From Nitrosomonas europaea (lineage in GTDB: Bacteria > Pseudomonadota > Gammaproteobacteria > Burkholderiales > Nitrosomonadaceae): a stretch of 32,000 nt of DNA. The DNA lies in assembly GCF_900167395.1 (NCBI RefSeq), contig NZ_FUWK01000030.1, forward strand, positions 1 to 32,000, read 5' to 3'. Below are positions 17,862 through 25,652 of the stretch, in pieces. Position numbers and translations under genes: made by a program. Positions within the stretch are counted from its first letter, which is position 1, and the number at the start of each line of letters is the position of its first letter. Under the pieces are notes generated by a model. It saw nothing but the letters and a program-made list of their open reading frames with translations, was not told the origin of the DNA and did no database searches.

Positions 17862-20192
17862 ATGCGAGTCAATATGCCAGTTACCAATGTGGAACGGGAA
17901 ATGCGGGATGGAGAGTTTCTCGTTTCCAAAACCACGGCCAAGGGGGTCATTACTTATATCAATGAGCCCTTCATCCGAATGAGCGGCTTTACAGAGCAGG
18001 AATTGGTCGGACAGGCGCATAACATCATCCGCCATCCGGATATGCCGCCGGAAGCCTTTGCAGATTTCTGGAATACGCTCAAACGGGGCAGGCCGTGGAG
18101 CGGTATGGTCAAAAATCGTTCCAAGGATGGCAGCTGTTACTGGGTATATGCCAATGTGACACCCATCAGGGAACATGGCAAGGTGACCGGACACATGTCT
18201 GTGCGCAGCAAACCAACGCGTGATCAGATTCAGGCAGCCGAGACGCTCTATCGCCAGATGCGTGAGGGTACGGCAAAGGTGCAGATCGTTGCCGGAGAGA
18301 TAGTTGCAAATAGCTGGCTGGGGTCATTGCGCGAGAAATTCCGCCATCTCAGCCTGAAAACCCGGATCACCGGGTTTGGTGCGGTACCTTTGCTGGTCAT
18401 GGCGGGTTCTGCCTGGCTGATGATGCAGGGCCAGCTGAATCTGGCGTTTGCCGGGATGGGGTTGAGTGTCTGTCTGGCAGGTGGAATGGGTGTGCTGCTG
18501 TATCGCTGTATTCGCCAGCCGGTGGATACCATGATTCATCACCTGGATAAAATGGCGCAGGGTGATTACACCAGCCAGATCCTCCTCGAGCGTAATGATG
18601 AAATCGGGCGGCTGACCGAAGCACTCAAATCCATGCAGATTCGTGCGGGAATCGATTTCACCGAAACCAAGCGGATGAACATCGAGAATCTGCGGGTACG
18701 TAATGCGCTGGATATCGCAACTTCTGCGGTCATGATTGCTGATAACACCGGAACGATCATTTTCATGAACCGGATGGTGCAGGAAATTCTGGTCAATGAA
18801 GCCAATGAAGTGGATGTATGCGAATCATTGCAAAGTCGATTGAGAGATCTGGCCGGGCAGCAACAGATCGATAACGTCAGAATCGGAGAGCGGACGTATT
18901 CACTGCTGTTGATGCCGGTTACCAGCGAATCGGGTGAACGGGCAGGTGCTGTGGTTGAATGGCGTGACCGTACTCAGGAGCTGACAGTCGAAAAGGAAGT
19001 CATGGAAATCGTTCAGGCGGGTGTGGCGGGTGACTTCAGCAAGCGTTTGGTGTTGGCTGGTAAGGAAGGTTTTTTTCGGCAACTGGCAGAAGGAATCAAT
19101 CGGCTGATGGAGAGCACTTCACAAGGGTTAGATGAGATGGCTACCATGCTGGAGGCTCTGGCACAGGGTAACCTGACCATGCACATTACCCATGACTATC
19201 AAGGTATGTTGGGCAAGTTGAAAGATGATTCGAATTCGACCGTGGATCAACTTGCCAGCATTGTCAGACAGATCAAGGATGCAGCCGGACTGATCACCAC
19301 AGCTTCGAAAGAGATTGCCGATGGGAATACCGATCTTTCACAACGTACCGAACAGCAGGCAGCCAACCTGGAGAAGACCGCTGCCAGCATGGAGGAACTG
19401 ACTTCGACGGTAAAACAGAACGCGGACAATGCTCGCCAGGCCAACCAGCTGGCGGCTTCGGCTTCCGATGTGGCCGTGAAAGGCGGTGAGGTCGTCAGTC
19501 AGGTGGTACAGACCATGAGCGCGATCAACGACAGCTCGAAGAAGATTGTCGACATCATCAGCGTGATCGACGGCATTGCCTTCCAGACCAATATTCTGGC
19601 ACTGAATGCGGCGGTGGAAGCAGCGCGTGCCGGTGAACAGGGACGCGGGTTTGCCGTAGTGGCGACTGAAGTACGCACCCTGGCACAACGTTCTGCGGCA
19701 GCGGCGCGGGAAATCAAGGGACTGATCAGCAATTCGGTGCACAAGGTGGAAGACGGCACCCAGCTGGTGGATCAGGCTGGCAGGACGATGGAAGAAGTGG
19801 TGCTGTCAGTCAAGCGTGTGACCGACATCATGGGCGAGATTTCGGCTGCTTCCCATGAGCAGAGCTTGGGGATCGAACAGGTCAATCAGGCCATTTCACA
19901 AATGGATGAGATCACGCAACAGAATGCGGCGCTGGTGGAAGAGGCGGCAGCTGCATCCGAATCCATGCGCGAACAGGCAGAACAACTGTCGCGTGCAGTA
20001 GCGGCGTTCAAGCTGGAGCATGGAATGGCTGCAGCTCATACGGACAACCCGCCATCCGTCGAACGGCGCAGCCCTAACCGGGCAACCAACGTCGAGCGCT
20101 TGCCACAAACCCGAAACCGGAAGAAAGCAGCTACCAGAAGCTCTGTTGCATCGGTTTCCGCCGGCACCGAAGGGGGATGGGAAGAATTTTGA
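17862..20192 (+). CDS. Aer-like PAS chemoreceptor: N-terminal Aer-type PAS, membrane hairpin, HAMP, second PAS-like segment, HAMP-like repeats, MA domain, C-terminal GWEEF
   Basis: [59 protein letters not shown] closely follows the E. coli Aer PAS domain (from memory). The two TM segments are [20 protein letters not shown] and [21 protein letters not shown]. The MA domain is as in the upstream mcp. Confidence 0.85.
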   Translation: MRVNMPVTNVEREMRDGEFLVSKTTAKGVITYINEPFIRMSGFTEQELVGQAHNIIRHPDMPPEAFADFWNTLKRGRPWSGMVKNRSKDGSCYWVYANVTPIREHGKVTGHMSVRSKPTRDQIQAAETLYRQMREGTAKVQIVAGEIVANSWLGSLREKFRHLSLKTRITGFGAVPLLVMAGSAWLMMQGQLNLAFAGMGLSVCLAGGMGVLLYRCIRQPVDTMIHHLDKMAQGDYTSQILLERNDEIGRLTEALKSMQIRAGIDFTETKRMNIENLRVRNALDIATSAVMIADNTGTIIFMNRMVQEILVNEANEVDVCESLQSRLRDLAGQQQIDNVRIGERTYSLLLMPVTSESGERAGAVVEWRDRTQELTVEKEVMEIVQAGVAGDFSKRLVLAGKEGFFRQLAEGINRLMESTSQGLDEMATMLEALAQGNLTMHITHDYQGMLGKLKDDSNSTVDQLASIVRQIKDAAGLITTASKEIADGNTDLSQRTEQQAANLEKTAASMEELTSTVKQNADNARQANQLAASASDVAVKGGEVVSQVVQTMSAINDSSKKIVDIISVIDGIAFQTNILALNAAVEAARAGEQGRGFAVVATEVRTLAQRSAAAAREIKGLISNSVHKVEDGTQLVDQAGRTMEEVVLSVKRVTDIMGEISAASHEQSLGIEQVNQAISQMDEITQQNAALVEEAAAASESMREQAEQLSRAVAAFKLEHGMAAAHTDNPPSVERRSPNRATNVERLPQTRNRKKAATRSSVASVSAGTEGGWEEF
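19251..20108 (+). repeat. Copy 2 of the ~860-nt near-identical mcp signalling block
   Basis: See copy 1. The protein is 100 percent identical over the stretch [10 protein letters not shown]...AAAAREIK, with synonymous nucleotide differences. Confidence 0.9.
20175..20189 (+). other. C-terminal pentapeptide GWEEF (xWxxF CheR/CheB tether motif)
   Basis: The last five codons before TGA 20190-20192 are GGA TGG GAA GAA TTT. Confidence 0.75.
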
Positions 20193-20398
20193 AACCGGAT
20201 CTTGTGATGACACCGATCGATGAAAATATTCGTCTTGGCTCAATCCTGGCCGTTTTTGCGAGTGCCATCGGCGTGAAGCAATCCGGTAGCGGCGGTAATA
20301 GAGACATTGAATCGTTATTCACCACGCTTTATTTGCGGCTAAACGGCACTTGCGGTCTTGCGAAGACAAAATTCGGGGCTGATGACGGGAGGAAAGAC

Positions 20399-20545
20399 AT
20401 GCAATACACGATGACGGAATCCGGGGTCGTACAACCTGAAGTGGCAGAGGTGCGCGAAGTAAGGTGGGGGGGGGATTCCCTGCCTGTCATCATTACGGTG
20501 ATGACAGGTAGCAGGTTCTGTTCACCTGACGGTCATCTGCCATGA
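20399..20545 (+). CDS. Candidate 48-codon upstream ORF / leader peptide, translationally coupled to cheR
   Basis: GGGAGG (20387-20392) lies 6 nt before ATG 20399. The peptide is MQYTMTESGVVQPEVAEVREVRWGGDSLPVIITVMTGSRFCSPDGHLP. Its TGA 20543-20545 overlaps the cheR ATG 20542 (ATGA), and cheR has no SD of its own. Confidence 0.3.
   Translation: MQYTMTESGVVQPEVAEVREVRWGGDSLPVIITVMTGSRFCSPDGHLP
20466..20474 (+). repeat. Homopolymeric G9 tract inside the uORF
   Basis: Nine consecutive G. This is the longest G/C homopolymer I noticed in the window. Confidence 0.95.
20479..20515 (+). promoter_or_regulatory. Stable hairpin inside the uORF, 27 nt upstream of the cheR ATG (candidate attenuator or translation-masking structure)
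   Basis: CTGTCATCA (20484-20492) pairs with TGATGACAG (20499-20507), a perfect 9 bp with a 6-nt loop. CCTGC/GCAGG extends the stem across a 3-nt bulge. It is followed by TTCTGTT. Confidence 0.5.
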
Positions 20546-21390
20546 ATGCACGTGCTTCGGGTGAACACAATACACGTGAGTACGCGTTTTCCTCACATGA
20601 CTTCGAATGTGTGAAAAAGCTGATTTATGCGCGCGCCGGCATCGCACTGGCCGAGAATCGTCAGGAGATGGTGTATACCCGTCTTTCGAAACGTCTGCGC
20701 GCAACCGGGACGAACAATTTCAACGACTATTTGCAGCGCCTGGAAAGAGATAGCGAGGATGTAGAGTGGGAGTCATTCACCAATGCGCTGACCACCAATC
20801 TGACATCGTTCTTCCGGGAAGCTCACCATTTTCCAATGCTGGCCGAGCATGTGAAGAAACGTCAGCCTGGCCACACGGTGAAACTCTGGTGCAGCGCGGC
20901 TTCTACCGGGGAAGAACCTTATTCGATGGCCATGACCATGGTGGAAACCTTTAATTCAATGAAACCCCCTGTCCGTATCCTTGCCACCGACATTGATACC
21001 GAAGTGCTGGCAGCAGCGCGTGAGGGCGTTTATCCCCTCGACAGGCTGGAATCCATGTCCTCTGAGAGAATCAGAAGATTTTTTCTCAAAGGGAAAAGCA
21101 GTACCTCAGGCTATGCCCGGGTGCGACAGGAATTGCGTGACTTGGTTACATTCAGGCCATTTAATCTGCTGGATCCCAAGTGGCCGATGCGCGGACCTCT
21201 TGATGCGATTTTCTGCCGTAATGTCATGATTTATTTTGATAAGCCGACGCAGTATCGGATTTTGCAGAAATTTGTACCGTTGCTTGATCGTGACGGACTG
21301 CTGTTCATGGGCCACTCGGAAGTGTTCCAGCATGCTTCCGACCTGATCAGGCTCATTGATCGCACTGTTTATAAGCCAGTTAAGAAATAG
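20542..21390 (+). CDS. cheR: Chemotaxis protein methyltransferase CheR
   Basis: Collinear with E. coli CheR: IYARAGIALAENRQEMVYTRLSKRLRA, ALTTNLTSFFREAHHF, WCSAASTGEEPYSMAM, FCRNVMIYFD. Confidence 0.95.
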   Translation: MNARASGEHNTREYAFSSHDFECVKKLIYARAGIALAENRQEMVYTRLSKRLRATGTNNFNDYLQRLERDSEDVEWESFTNALTTNLTSFFREAHHFPMLAEHVKKRQPGHTVKLWCSAASTGEEPYSMAMTMVETFNSMKPPVRILATDIDTEVLAAAREGVYPLDRLESMSSERIRRFFLKGKSSTSGYARVRQELRDLVTFRPFNLLDPKWPMRGPLDAIFCRNVMIYFDKPTQYRILQKFVPLLDRDGLLFMGHSEVFQHASDLIRLIDRTVYKPVKK

Positions 21391-21453
21391 GCAGCAGAAT
21401 CAGGGCTATGCCAATCTCTGTACCAAAAACAGATTTGATAAATTATCGGGTAG

Positions 21454-22071
<618 letters not shown>

Positions 22072-22081
22072 GGAGGAGCTC

Positions 22082-23158
22082 ATGAAAAAGATCAGTGTAC
22101 TTATCATTGATGATTCAGCCCTGATTCGCAAATTACTGACCGAGATCATCAATGCCCGGCCGGATATGGAGGTGATTGGTGCGGCCCCGGATCCGATAGT
22201 GGCGCGTGAAATGATCCGGACATTGAATCCGGATGTACTGACGCTGGATGTGGAAATGCCAAAGATGGATGGCCTGGAATTTCTGGAGAAACTGATGCGA
22301 TTGCGGCCCATGCCGGTGGTGATGGTATCGACACTGACTGAGCGGGGATCAGAAGTAACCTTTCGGGCGCTGGAACTGGGGGCCGTTGATTTTGTTGCCA
22401 AACCAAAGATGGATATCCGCAATAGCCTCGAAGCCTACACAGATGAAATTACAGGAAAAATTCGTACTGCCAGCACGGCACGTATCCATCGTCTGGAACC
22501 CGTTGCCAGCAATGGTGCTGCAAGTGGAAGTATTGTACAGATGCCGCGGCATCACGGTATTTCTACCGAAAAGCTGATCATCATTGGGGCATCTACTGGC
22601 GGTACCGAGGCCATCAAAGATGTGCTGATTCATTTGCCGCCGGATTGTCCGGGTATACTGATTACTCAGCATATGCCGGAAGGGTTTACCCGTTCCTTTG
22701 CCGAGCGGCTCGACCGGTTATGCAAAATCCGGGTCAAGGAGGCCGAAGGAGGCGAGCGGGTGCTGCCGGGTCATGCATATCTCGCACCGGGTCATTCCCA
22801 TCTCCTGCTGAAGAAAAGCGGTGCTAACTATGTGACCGAATTGAGTCAAACAGATCCGGTCAACCGCCACCGCCCATCAGTGGATGTACTGTTTCAGTCT
22901 GCGGCCCATTGCGCCGGGAAAAATGCTGTCGGCGTGATTCTGACGGGGATGGGCAAGGATGGTGCCGCGGGAATGCTCGATATGCATCATGCAGGTGCCT
23001 ATAATCTGGCGCAGGATGAAACCAGTTGCGTGGTGTTTGGTATGCCCAAAGAAGCTATTACCCTTGGCGCTGTCGATGAAATCGTCCCGTTGCAGGATAT
23101 GGCCAGACGAATATTGGCGAGACTGGTCGGCGCAGGTAAACAGGCTGTCCGTGTATGA
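22082..23158 (+). CDS. cheB: Chemotaxis response regulator protein-glutamate methylesterase CheB
   Basis: GGAGGAG precedes ATG 22082. The REC domain reads [26 protein letters not shown]. The esterase domain contains GASTGG, ITQHMP and GMGKDGA. Confidence 0.95.
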   Translation: MKKISVLIIDDSALIRKLLTEIINARPDMEVIGAAPDPIVAREMIRTLNPDVLTLDVEMPKMDGLEFLEKLMRLRPMPVVMVSTLTERGSEVTFRALELGAVDFVAKPKMDIRNSLEAYTDEITGKIRTASTARIHRLEPVASNGAASGSIVQMPRHHGISTEKLIIIGASTGGTEAIKDVLIHLPPDCPGILITQHMPEGFTRSFAERLDRLCKIRVKEAEGGERVLPGHAYLAPGHSHLLLKKSGANYVTELSQTDPVNRHRPSVDVLFQSAAHCAGKNAVGVILTGMGKDGAAGMLDMHHAGAYNLAQDETSCVVFGMPKEAITLGAVDEIVPLQDMARRILARLVGAGKQAVRV

Positions 23159-23453
23159 GATTGCCCTGTTATCACCTGCTTTCTGCCCATTTCCAAGATA
23201 GTTCTTATTTCATCAAGGAGCGGTGCGGGGTAAGGAATTACCTCGTGAGGTCGTGATACTCTCTCTTTAACCGCAAATGGAGTGTGGCAAGTAGCGGTGA
23301 TCTGGTACCTTCGTAATTGATGGGTTGGATTGTTTCATACCTGTCGGCATTTACAAAGAGACTGAAAATCAGGATCCGGATTTTTCAGCGTATCAACTTT
23401 ACCAGAATGAAGTACCGTGTTCCCAATCTTGGAGATGGTATCCTTCAGTGGCG

Positions 23454-24278
23454 TCAGTAGCGGGCGTGCACCAATGTCCTGGCATCATTCGGCGTGATGC
23501 GCAGCAGTTCACCGATTTCAGCATAATCATCCGGCAGGGCAGCATCATCCCAGCCATGGGCGCTATGTCGTGCAAGGTTGACCGCCAGTACGACATTACG
23601 AACTCGTGGATGGGCGATATGCTTTTTGTCCATCAGCATGATCAGCAGTTCTGGCAGTGCCCAGGCTTCTATCAGCGTAGCTTGCAGATCGTATACCGTG
23701 AAGCCCAATATCGTTTTTTGAACGGTGGCGCTGCGCAGTGTGCTGTCCTGTCGTTGCAGGGCATCGATTTCGAGCATTTTGTCAGGAACGAAGCAGCGCA
23801 GCAGCATTTCAGTGATGTCGTGCAACAGTGCGGCGATACGAATTTCCTCGAAATGAGTGTCGTACAGGCGTATGGCCCATTCAAGTGCATAGTTGGAGGC
23901 AATATGCGCACGGTGTATCCGTTGCAGCAGGTTGACCAGTGCAGCGGGGCGCTGTTGCAGTAAATGTTGCACGAGAGGTTCAGCGACAACCTGATCAAGT
24001 GCGTTTTCCACACCCAGCATGATCAGTGCCTGTTCGACCTGCACGATTTCCTGCTGCTGCCGCTTATGCTTGTGTTGTTGCAGATGGCGCAACAGCTTTA
24101 CGGTCATGAGCGGGTCATGCCTGATGATGCGAGCGACGTTACGTGCACTGGGATTGGGCTCCTGTTCTCTCAATGCTGCCAGATCGTTGGCAGTTTTACG
24201 CAATACGGGAATTTCCACTTCACTGAGAAATTGAGTCCATTCAGTCAGTTTGCGAAAATTCTCCGGCTGTATCGTCAT
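23454..24278 (-). CDS. Stand-alone HDOD-domain signalling protein
   Basis: IPVLRKTANDLAAL....VARIIRHDPLMTVKLLRHLQ...QALIMLGVENAL.. matches the HDOD pattern. It is 274 aa with no other recognisable domain. Confidence 0.75.
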   Translation of the reverse strand: MTIQPENFRKLTEWTQFLSEVEIPVLRKTANDLAALREQEPNPSARNVARIIRHDPLMTVKLLRHLQQHKHKRQQQEIVQVEQALIMLGVENALDQVVAEPLVQHLLQQRPAALVNLLQRIHRAHIASNYALEWAIRLYDTHFEEIRIAALLHDITEMLLRCFVPDKMLEIDALQRQDSTLRSATVQKTILGFTVYDLQATLIEAWALPELLIMLMDKKHIAHPRVRNVVLAVNLARHSAHGWDDAALPDDYAEIGELLRITPNDARTLVHARY

Positions 24279-24406
24279 CTTTTGTATCCGTCCTGATTGA
24301 TTGCGGGTTCTGATCTGCTCCAGAGCCGATGCTCCGGAGGGGGTATTGAAGTTTCTTCGGCAAACGGATGGAATAGTTTAGGGAAGTCGTAGTTGGACGT
24401 ACCCAA

Positions 24407-25588
24407 CTACCGTTTGTTTCCTTTTTTGGTATTTCCCCATTGTTTGTGAAACGTGGCCGTGATCTCGATATGCGGAGTGTGAGGAAACAGATCTATGAGC
24501 TGAATATCAGTGAATTTCCACCCGTTTTTGCAGAATATCCAGGCATCGCGCGCGAAGGTTACGGGATCGCAGGAGATGTAGCAGATGGTTTCAAGTGCAG
24601 CGAAGGCATCGAAGAATCCACGCAGGGTTTTCAGCCCGGAGCGGGGCGGGTCGAGCACCAGGATGCCGGCATCCTGCACATTCTTTTTGAGAATCTTCCA
24701 GATGAAGGGGTGGTAGAGGTCGGCCGTTCTGGCATCCACACCGGGCAGATTCTTTTGCCGGAGAACGGTGATTGCCTGCGGATCGGCTTCATAAGCCAGT
24801 ATCTCTGGGCATCCGGTTTGCGCGATTACTTCAGTGAAATTGCCTGAACCGCAGAATAATTCGACGATTTTGTGCGAGTGACCGTGCTGTTCGAGTGCGT
24901 ATTTCAGCCACGATCTCATCCATTGATTCTGTGCATCATTGCCTTGTCGGAAAGGCTGTTTCCAGTTGAGCAGTACCGGTTCTGCCGGTGATTGATCGTC
25001 CAGATCGATGAAATTCCAGTCATCGCCCGGTGCCGGACTCCATTCGCGGCTGGGCAGGTGCTTGCGCAGGGTTTGCAGATGTTGCCGGCAGGCAGGATTG
25101 AGAATCAGACAGTCCTCGATCGGGACGATATGATGCGATCCCTCGGCCACGAAGCCCAGTTTTTCACCATCTGTTTTGACCTGAAAACGGTTGCGATAGC
25201 CGAACAGATCCGGAGAAGGCTGTACCGCTCCGATGTTCAGATCAGCGAGATCGAAGCCAACTCTGTGCATGGCGTAGAGAAACCGGTTTTTTTTCTGTTC
25301 CAGCTGGCTGTCGTAATCCGCGATCATCCACGGGCAGCCGGAGCAATCATTGCCGCTGAAACCGAGAAACCGGCATTCAGGTGTTTTACGATGACGGGAA
25401 GACTGAATGAGGCGAATCAGACGGGCATAACCGTATTTTCTGTTGTTCAGGGCGCGATCGGTTATTTCGAATTCCCCCCTATCTCCAGGCCAGGTGCCGG
25501 CAACGAAGTAAGAGAGCCCGTTCTCCGGGTGTTGTACGACTCCCAGCCCTTTCTGGGATAGATGGGTGATTTCGCCCTGGAATGACAT
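24407..25588 (-). CDS. TRAM-domain, Fe-S-type RNA (uracil-5) methyltransferase of the RumA/RlmD/TrmA family
   Basis: The Cys cluster is CRFLGFSGNDCSGCPW. The SAM motif is ELFCGSGNFT. DPPRSGL is present, and the catalytic-Cys motif is YISCDPVTFARD. I prefer the ATG 25588 start (MSFQGEITHL) because the longer GTG 25618 start lies in the loop of the upstream terminator. Confidence 0.8.
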   Translation of the reverse strand: MSFQGEITHLSQKGLGVVQHPENGLSYFVAGTWPGDRGEFEITDRALNNRKYGYARLIRLIQSSRHRKTPECRFLGFSGNDCSGCPWMIADYDSQLEQKKNRFLYAMHRVGFDLADLNIGAVQPSPDLFGYRNRFQVKTDGEKLGFVAEGSHHIVPIEDCLILNPACRQHLQTLRKHLPSREWSPAPGDDWNFIDLDDQSPAEPVLLNWKQPFRQGNDAQNQWMRSWLKYALEQHGHSHKIVELFCGSGNFTEVIAQTGCPEILAYEADPQAITVLRQKNLPGVDARTADLYHPFIWKILKKNVQDAGILVLDPPRSGLKTLRGFFDAFAALETICYISCDPVTFARDAWIFCKNGWKFTDIQLIDLFPHTPHIEITATFHKQWGNTKKGNKR

Positions 25589-25597
25589 GGTTGGCTG

Positions 25598-25634
25598 AAA
25601 AAAACAACCCTCTGCCACTGTTGCGGGCAGAGGG
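25598..25634 (-). terminator. Rho-independent terminator of the dynamin-like gene
   Basis: The minus strand reads CCCTCTGCC cgcaacagt GGCAGAGGG TTGTTTTTTT. It is a 9-bp perfect GC-rich stem plus a U-tract, 19 nt after the stop. Confidence 0.8.
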
Positions 25635-25652
25635 TGTCGGGTGATCGATCGT

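Noticed and set aside
20177-20398. The 5' two-thirds of the listed 122-aa ORF 20177..20545.
   Set aside because: It starts inside the last codons of the mcp gene, has no SD, and covers the decayed duplicated 3' flank. I keep only the 3' 48 codons, which have a strong SD and ATG at 20399, as a candidate uORF.
24389-24410. An 8-bp hairpin, GTAGTTGG acgtac CCAACTAC, spanning the methyltransferase stop codon.
   Set aside because: The stem is short, there is no U-tract on either strand, and the sequence is not repeated elsewhere in the window. It is probably incidental.
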